Source: a virus
DNA: 62,614 bases
Virus genome (UHGV): UHGV-1371743
Reading direction: 5' to 3' (one strand)
In this document: one piece after another, positions 36,283 through 47,100 of the stretch
How the letters are laid out: each line of letters begins with the position of its first letter
How positions within the stretch are numbered: position 1 is the stretch's first letter
Notes under the pieces: generated by a model
The model's database searches: none
The model's input: the letters and a program-made list of their open reading frames with translations, nothing else
Told to the model about the DNA's origin: nothing
Position numbers and translations under genes: made by a program

Positions 36283-36852
36283 ATGACAAGAGAAGAAGCA
36301 AGACAAAACTTAGTGGCTTTAGGAATTGAAGAGCCAAGTGAAGCACAGGTAACAAATTATCTGAATCAGTTTCACAGCAATCGACCGAATCCACAACCAC
36401 AGCCGTCACCACAGCCAACGCCTACACCGCAACCACAGCCAACTCCGACACCGGAGACAACACCATCTCATGATGATGGCGGAGAATTGGAAACATTGAG
36501 AAATCAGATTGCACAGCTTCAGAAAGAAAATGTGCAGAAAGATATTCGTGCGTATGCAGCTGAAAAAGGATTAACAGGAGAACAGGCAGAAAGCGTGCTC
36601 GCAGGATTTCAGACAGATTTAGAAGCTGCTAAGAAAGCGATTGACTCTATCGCACAGATTATTTCCGATAAAGAAACCGCAGCAGCCACAGCGAAAGAAC
36701 AAGAGCTATTAAAAGGTACTCCGAATCCAGGTGGTGGAACTGGCGGTAATCCAGGCGATGATAAGCCGGAAGATGTGAAGAATGCGGAAAGCATCTCTTT
36801 TGGAAACAAAGCGGACGAACAGTCCATGAAAGATTATTACGTTTTGAAATAG
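36283..36852 (+). CDS. scaffolding protein
   Basis: P/Q/T-rich linker plus coiled coil, between portal and capsid. Confidence 0.55.
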   Translation: MTREEARQNLVALGIEEPSEAQVTNYLNQFHSNRPNPQPQPSPQPTPTPQPQPTPTPETTPSHDDGGELETLRNQIAQLQKENVQKDIRAYAAEKGLTGEQAESVLAGFQTDLEAAKKAIDSIAQIISDKETAAATAKEQELLKGTPNPGGGTGGNPGDDKPEDVKNAESISFGNKADEQSMKDYYVLK

Positions 36853-36866
36853 GAGGTTAAAAGACT

Positions 36867-37208
36867 ATGGGAAAGCCTATCGTACATGAGTATGGACAAA
36901 ATAAAGGTATTTTGAAGTTTTTCCCTTATGAGGGCGCAGCGTGTGTTGTTCCTCAGACAATGAAATCTTCACCGGATGAAAACGGTTTGAAAATTGTTCC
37001 GGCTGGAACGCCATTTCCGGCAAATGATAACAGTTGCCTTGGCTATCTTCTGCATGATGTTGACGTAACACAGGGAGATGCACCCGGAACATATGTTTAT
37101 CAAGGAACAATCGACTGGAAAAAAGTAGAATCACTATCAATCGCAGATGCAGCTAGAAAAGTAACACCGAGAGTTACATTTTACGGCGCACCGGCGATCT
37201 CGGAGTAA
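36867..37208 (+). CDS. hypothetical head protein (decoration/accessory?)
   Basis: 113 aa ORF immediately upstream of the major capsid gene. Confidence 0.35.
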   Translation: MGKPIVHEYGQNKGILKFFPYEGAACVVPQTMKSSPDENGLKIVPAGTPFPANDNSCLGYLLHDVDVTQGDAPGTYVYQGTIDWKKVESLSIADAARKVTPRVTFYGAPAISE

Positions 37209-37223
37209 AAGGAGGAATAAAAA

Positions 37224-38312
37224 ATGGCATTACCATTGAGAGAAGCGTTTACCGCTAGAGCTTTAGGAGTCCTGTGGAATGATTATAAGGCAAAGCTCGG
37301 TACGGGACCGTATAGTGGAAGAATGAAGTTTGGAACGGTGAAACAGGACAGCCTTGATTTGAAGTTTATTAAAGGAAAGAACGGTCTCCCGGTATCTTTG
37401 AAAGCATCAAATTTTGACGCGCAAGCACCATTAAGGGATGTTGGTGGATTTTCCGATATTCAGAATGAAATGCCTTTTTACCGTGAAAGTTACATGGTAA
37501 CAGAGAAAGAAGAACAGGAATATGCAAATTATCAGTCTGCGGAAAATTCCAACATGGCAAATCAGGTTTTACAAGAAATTGCTAAAAAGCCTTTTTCTCT
37601 GATTCAAGGCGCTTTGGTTGTACCAGAACGTCAGATTTGGGAACTTTTGGCACCGGAAGATGGTGTTCCGAAAGTAACCGTAAATATCGAAGGAAAGAAA
37701 TATGTTGTTGAATATACAACAGATAGTGGAGCGGCGCATAAGAAAGATCACTTTGTTGAGATTTCCGGCGATGAAGATAAGTGGAATGCTTCGGCAACTG
37801 CAACGCCACTTGACGATTTGATTCAAGCAAGACGTGATTTTGCGAAGAAAACCGGATACTCTTTGACAAGATTTTCCATGAATACAGAGACATTTGAAAT
37901 GATTCTGAAAGCAGAAGATACAAAGAAGCAGGTACTTGGAATCACTGCATACAATGGCGGTATCAGAGTGAGACAGGCTGATGTACTTTCTTACTTAAGA
38001 GAGTACGGAATTGAGATCGAAGTATACGACAAAGTATACATTGATGAAGAAGGAAATACAAAGTATTTCATTCCAACAAACATTGTTTCTGCTCAATCTG
38101 CCGGAGTATATCTTGGTGATTATACATTTGGTAGAACACCGGAAGAGAGAAGTGGAAGTTTGACAGATGGAAATCTTTCTCTCGTAGAAACAGGTATTTC
38201 AGTATATTCATATACCACAAATCATCCAATTAACACACATTGTGTAGTTTCCATGATTGGACTTCCTACTTTTGAGGGTATGGACAGCGTTGTTGTTATG
38301 AAGGTTGCGTAA
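37224..38312 (+). CDS. major capsid protein
   Basis: 362 aa ORF in the expected position and of the expected size. RBS 'aaaggagga'. Confidence 0.65.
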   Translation: MALPLREAFTARALGVLWNDYKAKLGTGPYSGRMKFGTVKQDSLDLKFIKGKNGLPVSLKASNFDAQAPLRDVGGFSDIQNEMPFYRESYMVTEKEEQEYANYQSAENSNMANQVLQEIAKKPFSLIQGALVVPERQIWELLAPEDGVPKVTVNIEGKKYVVEYTTDSGAAHKKDHFVEISGDEDKWNASATATPLDDLIQARRDFAKKTGYSLTRFSMNTETFEMILKAEDTKKQVLGITAYNGGIRVRQADVLSYLREYGIEIEVYDKVYIDEEGNTKYFIPTNIVSAQSAGVYLGDYTFGRTPEERSGSLTDGNLSLVETGISVYSYTTNHPINTHCVVSMIGLPTFEGMDSVVVMKVA

Positions 38313-38323
38313 GGAGTGGTTAC

Positions 38324-38575
38324 ATGATTGCTACACACAATATCAAGATAGGTGGACGTTGGTATAAAGCCGGGGAAGAAATCAATTCCTCGGCTGATTT
38401 TATGAATACGCCAGAGATTCCAGAATATGGAGAGAAGAAGTTTACTAAAACAGAGATTTATCAAATGCCCGTAAAAGAACTTCGGGAGCTTGCTACCGAG
38501 TATGGGATTGACGGTGCAGAGTATTTGAACGGTTCGGATATTAAGAAACTTCTTATTGATAAGTTAGGACTGTAG
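38324..38575 (+). CDS. small head-associated protein with a Rho-N/HeH-like motif
   Basis: 'VKELRELATEYGIDGAEYLNGSDIKKLL'. Confidence 0.35.
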   Translation: MIATHNIKIGGRWYKAGEEINSSADFMNTPEIPEYGEKKFTKTEIYQMPVKELRELATEYGIDGAEYLNGSDIKKLLIDKLGL

Positions 38576-38585
38576 GTGAAAAAAT

Positions 38586-38915
38586 ATGGCGTACTCAAGA
38601 TTAGAACAACTTAAAATTCGGTTGAGACAATCTAATGTTTCATGCGAGCAAGAAGATAAGTTCTTAGAACAGCTTCTTTATCAATCAGAACAAGATGTGC
38701 GTCTTTACCGAAATTATCCAGACAATTACACAGAGGAGATGATTGAAAAGGATATGAAGAAATTCGACAGTATCATCATAGACTTGGCTTTGTATGATTG
38801 CAACCAAGAGGGAGGAGAATTTCAGATTTCCTCTTCTGAAAACGGAACTTCAAGGAGTTGGATTGACCGGGATAAAATTCTCGGAAAAGTTACTCCTTTT
38901 GTGAACGTGTTATAG
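38586..38915 (+). CDS. head-tail connector (gp6-like adaptor)
   Basis: 'MAYSRLEQLKIRL...' opening typical of Phage_connect_1 proteins. Confidence 0.5.
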   Translation: MAYSRLEQLKIRLRQSNVSCEQEDKFLEQLLYQSEQDVRLYRNYPDNYTEEMIEKDMKKFDSIIIDLALYDCNQEGGEFQISSSENGTSRSWIDRDKILGKVTPFVNVL

Positions 38916-39012
38916 AAAGGGTACGGTGATCCAATCATCTCCCGGCTACTGGGTTAAGTGGCAGACGATTGTGCGTACCATAGCGGTGAGTTTACTGTGA
39001 TGGTGCAGGGAT

Positions 39013-39579
39013 ATGGCACTTGGCGGTGGTGGGCGGCTATATAAAAATTCCCGAAAGGAGAAAGAAGAAATGGAATATTTTTTAAATTCCCTCGGTGATA
39101 TAACAATCGGAAATGTGGCTATTTTGCTGTGCACAGTAATTTTTCTTTTTAGATGCTATAAGAAAGTGGAAAAATATTTTTCTGAAAAGGCTATAAAGGA
39201 AAAAGAGTACGACGAAAGAATTAAAAAAGTGATTAGTCAAGCAGAAAATTATCCGAAATGGCATGAACAAAGCCTTTGTATACAGAAAAAGTTTGGAAAT
39301 TCTATTGACAATTTAGATAGAAAGATGGATAAATTGCAAAAATTAAATGATGAGGGAATGGCTCTTACTTGGAGATACAGAATCCTTAGATTTGATGATG
39401 AAGTTCTGCATGACGATAAGCACACAAAAGAACACTTTGACCAGATACTTGAAGATATTACAAAATATGAGAGGTTTTGCAAGGACAATCCTGATTTTGA
39501 AAATAATAAGGCGTATCTTGCAATAGACAATATCAAAAAAGTGTATAAAAAATGCACAGACGAAGGAACGTTTTTGTAA
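39013..39579 (+). CDS. hypothetical protein with one N-terminal TM segment
   Basis: 188 aa ORF. Confidence 0.3.
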   Translation: MALGGGGRLYKNSRKEKEEMEYFLNSLGDITIGNVAILLCTVIFLFRCYKKVEKYFSEKAIKEKEYDERIKKVISQAENYPKWHEQSLCIQKKFGNSIDNLDRKMDKLQKLNDEGMALTWRYRILRFDDEVLHDDKHTKEHFDQILEDITKYERFCKDNPDFENNKAYLAIDNIKKVYKKCTDEGTFL

Positions 39580-39593
39580 AGGAGTGATTTTAA

Positions 39594-39929
39594 ATGGAAC
39601 AGATTGTTATAAACATGACACTTGTTATCGGAATTGTTGGAATTTTTGCTTTCGCAGTTTCAATAATTACGCAAGTTTTTAAAGGAGTATCGGGATTGAA
39701 GAAAATTCCGACCGATATTTTGGTTTTTGTATTGTCAATCGGTCTTACGGTTACAGCTTTTATAGCTTATATGCAGTATATACAGCAAACGATTCTGTGG
39801 TACATGATTCTAGCAGCAATTCTAGCCGGCCTATTAGTAGCTTTTGTGGCAATGTACGGTTGGGAAAAAGTAGCAGAATTGTGGAAACGATTTTACAGAG
39901 TGAATAAGAATGATTTAGAGGATGAGTAA
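39594..39929 (+). CDS. holin
   Basis: 111 aa with three hydrophobic helices and a charged C-tail, immediately upstream of the endolysin. Confidence 0.55.
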   Translation: MEQIVINMTLVIGIVGIFAFAVSIITQVFKGVSGLKKIPTDILVFVLSIGLTVTAFIAYMQYIQQTILWYMILAAILAGLLVAFVAMYGWEKVAELWKRFYRVNKNDLEDE

Positions 39930-39977
39930 TCGTCCTCTTTTTTGTACAGGTGCAAATGCCGGAGAAAGGAGAAAATT

Positions 39978-40994
39978 ATGGAAAATTTAAGAGTAATTGA
40001 TGTAAGCGAACATCAAGGAACTATTAACTGGGATGCGGTAAAAGGACATATAGATGGGGCAATCTTACGATGCGGATATGGAGATAATATTGCAAGTCAG
40101 GACGATAAGCAATGGAAAAGAAATGCAGATGAATGTACAAGACTTGGGATTCCGTTCGGAGTTTATATCTATTCCTACGCGACAAGTGACGCACAGGCGA
40201 AAAGCGAAGCGGAACACGTCCTTAGAATGGTAAGCGGATATAAACTTTCGTACCCAATTTATTTGGATTTGGAACAGGCAGGAACGGAAAATGGAGCAAT
40301 TCAAAGAGCGAATATCTTCGGGGATATCATCGAAAAAGCTGGATACTGGTGCGGAGTTTATGCGAATACAAACTGGTGGACAAACTACCTGGTAGGGTTG
40401 GAACGGTTTGTAAAATGGGTAGCACAGTATAATTCGGTTTGCACATATCAAGGAACATACGATATCTGGCAGTATACGTCAGGCGGATCTGTTCCGGGAA
40501 TTTCCGGAAACGTGGATATGAATCATTGTTATAGAGATTATCCAGCAGAAATTACAGGAGGGGATACAAAACCGACGCCGCCGGCAGTAGCACCATCTGG
40601 ATCTACGCTTGATCTTGTTGTTGGAGTTATGCAGGGAAAATATGGAGACGGAGACGCTAGAAAAAATGCTCTAGGAAATCGGTATAATGAGGTGCAGAAT
40701 ATGATTAACTATATTGCATCTGCCTCCGTAGATACACTTGTGAAAGAAGTTTATGCGGGAAAATATGGAAATGGAGATACAAGAAAGGCGGCGCTTGGAA
40801 ACCGGTACAATGAGGTACAAAACAAGATTAATGGTTCCTCCGGCGGCGGTGCAGTATACTACACAGTCCAGTCTGGGGATACGCTTTCTGGAATCGCTGC
40901 TAAATACGGTACTAATTATCAGGCAATCGCAAATCTGAACGGTATTCAGAATCCGAACTTAATTTATCCGGGGCAGAAGCTACGCGTAAAATAA
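39978..40994 (+). CDS. endolysin: GH25 muramidase + 2x CW_7 (Cpl-7-like) repeats + LysM
   Basis: GH25 N-terminal domain, two '[21 protein letters not shown]' repeats, and a C-terminal LysM '[17 protein letters not shown]...'. Confidence 0.85.
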   Translation: MENLRVIDVSEHQGTINWDAVKGHIDGAILRCGYGDNIASQDDKQWKRNADECTRLGIPFGVYIYSYATSDAQAKSEAEHVLRMVSGYKLSYPIYLDLEQAGTENGAIQRANIFGDIIEKAGYWCGVYANTNWWTNYLVGLERFVKWVAQYNSVCTYQGTYDIWQYTSGGSVPGISGNVDMNHCYRDYPAEITGGDTKPTPPAVAPSGSTLDLVVGVMQGKYGDGDARKNALGNRYNEVQNMINYIASASVDTLVKEVYAGKYGNGDTRKAALGNRYNEVQNKINGSSGGGAVYYTVQSGDTLSGIAAKYGTNYQAIANLNGIQNPNLIYPGQKLRVK

Positions 40995-41007
40995 GGAGGG
41001 TCTCTGT

Positions 41008-41442
41008 ATGCGACTTTTAGAAAAAAACAAGCAGAATTTAAAGTATGCGTTACAAGTCGGAGAAGTTCCAGTTTATGAGAGAGACGAAGACGGAAACATC
41101 ATATACATTGAGATCGATGGTCAGAAAGTTCCGGTAGAAACAGGAGAGATGGAAATCGGCTATTCAAAACCAGTAGATTTCCGAGGAAATATCGCAATGT
41201 CTGGCGGTGAAGCAGAAGCGAAGTCTTTTGGAGTTGATATCAGTGAGTATGACGCTGTTCTTCTTATGGAGAAAGATAGAATACCTATTGATGAAACGTC
41301 TCTAATTTGGCATATGAGCGAAGTTAAATATGCAGACGAACAAAATACCATTGTAGATAAAAAGTCGGCTGATTACACCGTTAAACGTGTTCAGCCGAGT
41401 CTTAATTTTACAAGGTATCTTCTGAAAAGGGTTGTGAAGTAG
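41008..41442 (+). CDS. hypothetical structural protein
   Basis: 144 aa ORF. RBS 'aaggagg'. Confidence 0.35.
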   Translation: MRLLEKNKQNLKYALQVGEVPVYERDEDGNIIYIEIDGQKVPVETGEMEIGYSKPVDFRGNIAMSGGEAEAKSFGVDISEYDAVLLMEKDRIPIDETSLIWHMSEVKYADEQNTIVDKKSADYTVKRVQPSLNFTRYLLKRVVK

Positions 41443-41443
41443 C

Positions 41444-41974
41444 ATGGCAAAGAAAGTATTGAAAGCAAATATCTTTTCAATGTCCAGTATTCAAGAATTG
41501 CAGAAGCAGTTGAGGGAATATCAAGATTCTCTCAATAAAAAATGTGAAATATTCACAGAGGAATTAGCGAAACGAGGTGTAGAGATTGCGAAAGCAAGGG
41601 TTACTACACTTGACGCAATATTTACAGGTGAACTCTTAAACAGCATACACACAAGGAAAGGTAACGGAGATAAAAACACCGTTATCTTTTTTATTGTGGC
41701 TGATTCTAAGCACTCGGCATTTGTTGAATTTGGTACTGGTCAACTTGGACTTGAGGGAAGTTATCCATATCCATTCCCGGAGGGCGTGGAGTGGAATTAT
41801 AACACCGGAAAGACAATTTTTGAGATTGCGCCCGGAAAATACGGATGGTTCTATCCGAAAGATGGAAAATGGTATTTTACGCAAGGTATGCCGTCAAGAC
41901 CGTTTATGTATGAAACATCATTGGAACTCATGCAAGAGATTCCAAGAATTGCAAAAGGAGTATTTGGAAAATGA
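41444..41974 (+). CDS. HK97 gp10-like head-tail joining / tail completion protein
   Basis: 'EIAKARVTTLDAIFTGELLNSIHT' is typical of the HK97 gp10 family. Confidence 0.45.
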   Translation: MAKKVLKANIFSMSSIQELQKQLREYQDSLNKKCEIFTEELAKRGVEIAKARVTTLDAIFTGELLNSIHTRKGNGDKNTVIFFIVADSKHSAFVEFGTGQLGLEGSYPYPFPEGVEWNYNTGKTIFEIAPGKYGWFYPKDGKWYFTQGMPSRPFMYETSLELMQEIPRIAKGVFGK

Positions 41975-42261
41975 AATACAGAAAAAAACCAGTTGAGATC
42001 GAAGCATTCCAATATGATGGAGATTTAAAAGGTTCAGATGGAAAATATTATGTTCCAGAGTGGGCGGTATCTGCATTTGAAAATGGAGAACTAATCTATA
42101 TGTCGTTATCACCACTACATCCGCCATGCGATTTATATGTAAAAACACTCGAAGGTTATATGCATGTTTCTGTTGGAGATTACATCATTAAGGGCATAAA
42201 TGGAGAACTTTATCCATGCAAGCCGGATATATTTGAGAAAACGTATGAGGCGGTGGAATAA
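41971..42261 (+). CDS. hypothetical protein
   Basis: 96 aa ORF. Confidence 0.3.
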   Translation: MKYRKKPVEIEAFQYDGDLKGSDGKYYVPEWAVSAFENGELIYMSLSPLHPPCDLYVKTLEGYMHVSVGDYIIKGINGELYPCKPDIFEKTYEAVE

Positions 42262-42657
42262 ATGCTGGACATGCTAGAATCACAAGTTATCACTCGGATA
42301 AAGACGCAGTTTTCTCAAAAAATGAAAGACCGTTATCCAAATTTAAAATTTACAAACTCTGACAGAGCCGATACTGTTCCGAAATTCCCAACTGTGTATA
42401 TACACGAAATGCCGGGAATGGAAACAGGAGAGGACTTACAAGGAGATACGATCAATGCTGTTTGGTCTTCTTTTCAGATTGAGGTAACAACAAATACCAA
42501 AATGAATGACGCAAAAGAAGTAATGAATGAGGTTGTACGCATTATGAAAACCATGAGATTCCAAGTGATTGCAACACCGGAATTTCAGAACACAGACAGC
42601 ACATATCGAAGAGTAGCACGTTTTCGGCGAATGATAGCCGATGACGATATTTTATAG
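42262..42657 (+). CDS. hypothetical tail-associated protein
   Basis: 131 aa ORF. Confidence 0.35.
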   Translation: MLDMLESQVITRIKTQFSQKMKDRYPNLKFTNSDRADTVPKFPTVYIHEMPGMETGEDLQGDTINAVWSSFQIEVTTNTKMNDAKEVMNEVVRIMKTMRFQVIATPEFQNTDSTYRRVARFRRMIADDDIL

Positions 42658-42705
42658 AACCGAAAGGTTCTTATTTTTTTACAAAGAATAAGGAGGAAAA
42701 ACAAC

Positions 42706-43197
42706 ATGGCTTCAACAAGTTATAAAACTAGGGTGATTATTTCAGAAGAAGAAGTGACTGATTTGAAAAAAGTTGATTTTGCTGGAACTTACAAACTTCT
42801 AGTTGCCGCAAAATCAATCCCAGCACCAGTATCAGCGCCTAACACAGTAGAATCAACAACAACGGAAGATGATGCGCAGACGTTTGAAATGGGTATCAAG
42901 ACATCAGATTCTAAAGAAATTACAGGAAATCTGGACAAGAAAGACTTGCAAGCGATTAATAAGTTGGGCGGAAAAAAAGTGAAAGTCATGCAACTTTACG
43001 GAACTGATGGTATCGGCGGCGTAGCGAAATATGCTTATGTTGGTCAGACGATAGCAACGCCTACAGATGTTGGTGGAAATGATGAAATTCTAGAAATGGC
43101 GGCAACAATCATTCCAAATACCGTAGCGGCGGAGGTAACAGACGAATATACAGTTACCGACAATAAAGATGGCACATTTACAGTGTCAAAAGCGTAA
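42706..43197 (+). CDS. major tail protein
   Basis: 163 aa ORF positioned before the chaperones and tape measure. RBS 'aaggagg'. Confidence 0.5.
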   Translation: MASTSYKTRVIISEEEVTDLKKVDFAGTYKLLVAAKSIPAPVSAPNTVESTTTEDDAQTFEMGIKTSDSKEITGNLDKKDLQAINKLGGKKVKVMQLYGTDGIGGVAKYAYVGQTIATPTDVGGNDEILEMAATIIPNTVAAEVTDEYTVTDNKDGTFTVSKA

Positions 43198-43336
43198 ATC
43201 GCCTTTCTTATAAATCGGCAGAAAGAAAAGGCGACACGTTATTTGATGCCGAAACAGAACTTGAAGAAATGATTTATTAAAAATGAGTGGGGCGGTCTAC
43301 GGACTGCCCCCTCTGATTAATCGGAGGGTAAGTAAG

Positions 43337-43666
43337 ATGAGAAAATTTAAACTTAATGGAAAAGAATATAACGCAAAAGGATTCAGTTTCAACACAGTCT
43401 GCGATTTGGAAGATTGCGGATTTTCAATGGGAGATATGCAGAGAAAACCGATGTCTATGGTTCGTGCATACTTGTCTATTTGCTTAAACACTTCTCTGGA
43501 AGTGGCGGGAAAAGAAATGGAAGAACATATCGTTTCCGGCGGTGATTTTGAAGAAATTATGAAAGTAATTACAGATGAAATGAACGATTCCGATTTTTTT
43601 CAGAATCTCAACAAGACAGAGGAAGAGGAAATTGTAGAGAAACCGGAAGAGAAAACAGCGGAATAA
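43337..43666 (+). CDS. tail assembly chaperone
   Basis: Small acidic protein immediately upstream of the tape measure gene. RBS 'ggaggg'. Confidence 0.4.
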   Translation: MRKFKLNGKEYNAKGFSFNTVCDLEDCGFSMGDMQRKPMSMVRAYLSICLNTSLEVAGKEMEEHIVSGGDFEEIMKVITDEMNDSDFFQNLNKTEEEEIVEKPEEKTAE

Positions 43667-43734
43667 ATCCGATAATAGAATACAAAACGCAAAGGGAACT
43701 ATTTGAAAAAGAATGGTTCCCAAAGGCTCATGCA

Positions 43735-44073
43735 ATGGGTGTTTCTTGGAATGAGTTCTGGATGCTTAATCCAAGAATTATCAAATGTATTGCAGACGGA
43801 TATTCAGAAAAAATGAAACAACAGGATTATTTAAACTGGGTATCAAATCAATATACATTATCTGCGGTTTCGGTTGCGATTGATAGAGTGTTAAACAGTA
43901 AGAAATCAAAGGCTGAGTACATAAAAGAGCCTGTTTTATGGAAATTCCTTGAAGAGTCGCAACTGACCGAAGAAGAGCGTGAAAAAAGAGAGATGGAAAA
44001 GGAGATTCTTGCTATGGAACAGTGGATCGCGAATGACAGAGCAAGAGGACTTCCGGAAACAAATATTGAATAA
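43735..44073 (+). CDS. tail assembly chaperone (second)
   Basis: 112 aa ORF. Confidence 0.4.
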   Translation: MGVSWNEFWMLNPRIIKCIADGYSEKMKQQDYLNWVSNQYTLSAVSVAIDRVLNSKKSKAEYIKEPVLWKFLEESQLTEEEREKREMEKEILAMEQWIANDRARGLPETNIE

Positions 44074-44129
44074 CTAGGACGATAGTGTGTTACAGCCTAT
44101 CGTCTTTTTTTAATGAAAGGATGTGTGAA

Positions 44130-47100
44130 ATGGGAACAACAGTTGATAGTCTTGAAATACAATTACAAGCACAGGCCGGAAAAGCAAATTCGGCGATCGA
44201 TACGTTGATATCAAAGCTTGGTACATTAAACACATCACTTACAAAAATTAATGGCAGTGGATTGTCCGGTGTATCGAATGGAGTTGATAAACTAAGTCGC
44301 TCCATGCAAGGATTAAAAAATGTAGGCGCAGCGGACTATACAAGACTTGCAAAAGGAATTGAGAAAATATCAAATTTGGATAGTGGACAGATTTCAAAGG
44401 CAGCAAGCGCGATTGTAGGTTTCGGGAAAGGCTTGCAAAGCCTTAACTCAGTGAATGTGTCTAAAACATCTGAGCAAGTTGCAAACTTAGCAAAGGGAAT
44501 ATCGCAACTTGGATATAAAAGCTCTACAAAAGCGATTGAAAACATACCTTTGCTTGCTAAGTCTATGCGACAGTTAATGTCTGAACTATCTAAAGCACCT
44601 AAAGTAAGTCAGAACTTGATTGATATGACAAATGCATTGGCAAAATTGGCTCGGACAGGCGCATCTTCCGGTCGTGCGGCGAATGCTCTTAGCGGAAGCC
44701 TTAATACTTATACAAAATCTACACATAAGGCAAGTAGAGGAACAAAAGGACTTGCGTCTGCACTTGGAAAGATGTACGCAACGTACTGGCTATTATTCCG
44801 ATTTGTTGGGAAAATAGGAGATTCCATAACCATTGCATCAGACCTTGTGGAAGTACAGAATGTTGTAGACACTGTATTTGGAGATATGTCAAGTAAAGTG
44901 GAAGAGTACGCACAAAATTCCATTAAGCAATTAGGAATGTCTGAATTGTCATTTAAACAATATGCGAGCCGGTTTCAAGCCATGGGTTCTGCAATGGGGA
45001 TTGACACAAGTTCCATTGAAAACGCAAATTCATTTTTGAATAAAGCAACGAACGGATATGTTGGCTTGTCTAATTCTATGGCAGATGTATCTTTAACATT
45101 GACACAATTAACAGCCGATATGGCATCGTTCTACAATGTCAGTCAAAAGGATGTAGCAGAAGATTTATCAGCTATCTTTACAGGAGAGACACGACCGCTG
45201 CGTACATACGGACTTGATTTAACACAGGCTACACTTGCAGAGTGGGCGATGAAAAATGGATTGGATGCAAATGTGAAGTCTATGTCGCAGGCAGAAAAGA
45301 CGATGCTTCGTTATCAATACGTATTGGCGAATACTTCGGCAGCGCAAGGCGATTTTGCCCGGACTTCTAATACATGGGCGAACCAAATTCGTATTTTGCA
45401 AGAGCAAATTAAGAAATTTGCTTCCGTCATTGGAACAGGTTTTATCGCAGCGTTTAAACCATTTGTCCAAACGCTAAATAAAGTCATGGCAAAAGTAATT
45501 GACTTTACGCAAAATGTATTGAATGCACTTGGTCAAATTTTTGGATGGAAATTTGAAATCAGCGGTGGTGGAATTGCTGATGATTTAGGAGATGTATCTG
45601 GTGATTTGGCTGATTCAGCCGGAAGTTCCGGCGATCTATCTGATAATCTTGGACAAGCTGCTAAAAATGCAAAGAAGCTTCACACTTTAGGAATTGATGA
45701 ATTAAATATTGTTGAGCCTGATAATGGTAGTACTGGTAGTGGTGGAGCTGGTGGCTCAGGTGGATCAGGAGGTGCTGGTTCAGGTGAAGTGGGAGGTTTA
45801 ATTGCCAGCTTTAAGCCGAACGATGAGATGTTAGACGCATATAAAAGTAGCATTAAAAGTTTAGAACAGTTAGGCGAATATATAAGCGTCACATTATCAA
45901 ACACGTTAGAAAAAATTAACTGGGATTCCGTGTATGAAAAAGCAAAAAATTTCGGAACAGGGTTGGCGGATTTTTTGAATGGTTTAATAAAACCTAGACT
46001 TTTTTATGATTTAGGGAAAACTGTTGCTAATTCAATCAATACAGCTTTTCAATCTGCAAATGCGTTCGCTGTAGAGTTTGACTGGGGAAATTTAGGGAAA
46101 TCTATAGCAAAGAGCATAAAAGGATTCTTTGAAAATTGGGATCCTGAAATCGCAGCGGATACATTTAGTAATTTCGCCAACGGAATTTTAGAGTCTTTAA
46201 CGGAATTTATAAACACTTTACAAGACGATAAAACATTTGAAGATATTGGTCAAAAAATAGTTGAATTTATATGTGGAATAGAGTGGGGAGATTTAACTTG
46301 GAACTTATACAAATTCGGAAAGGCATTAGTTAAAGCTATAGCGAACCTTCCGAATGATTTTGCAAAAGGTGCATTGCAATCACTGGTTGATAAAATCTTT
46401 AGTGAAGACGCCGAAGTTAAAGTCGGAGACATTGCATTACCCCCAACGAGTCTTTCTGGATTAATGTTGCAATTAGGAAATATTAAGGAATGGGTTGGAG
46501 AAACAACATCATCAATAGGCGAACAATTCAGAAAAGGATGGGATGAAGCAAAAAAATCTTGGGAGAACGGAAGTGGATTTTTTGAAGGATTATGGGAAGG
46601 AATAAAAGTAGTATTTTCTCCTGTAACGGAATGGTTTGGCGAAAAGTTTGATAAAGGGTATGAAGGTATTAAAAAAGCTTGGTCATTCATTGAATCTTGG
46701 TTCTCAAAAAAATGGGAAGCCATTAAATCTCCTTTTAAAAATGTGGGTCCGTGGTTTAAAACGGCTTTTAAAAACGCATATGATGCCATAAAGAACATTT
46801 GGAAGGGGTTAGGAGACTTCTTTAAAGAAATTGCAGAAAACGCATTTAAGCCTATTAAAACACTTGTGAATGGCGTTATAAAAGGTGTGAACTGGGTGCT
46901 TAAAAAAGTGGGATCAGACACACGAGTAAGTGAGTGGGATGGAATAAAGTTCGCTAAAGGATCGGATGGAGTTCCGCAAAACACACTTGGAATCGTGAAT
47001 GACCAAGCAGGATCAACTTACAAAGAGCTTATTATTCCGCCGTCAGGAAAACCGTTTATACCCGATGGGCGAAATGTCATGTTGCCGCTTGAAAAAGGTA

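Noticed and set aside
46250-46984. 244 aa minus-strand ORF inside the tape measure gene (and similar antisense ORFs at 9362..9832, 32849..33286, 37582..37923)
   Set aside because: Each is antisense to a well-supported long gene, with no RBS and an odd composition. These are typical shadow ORFs.
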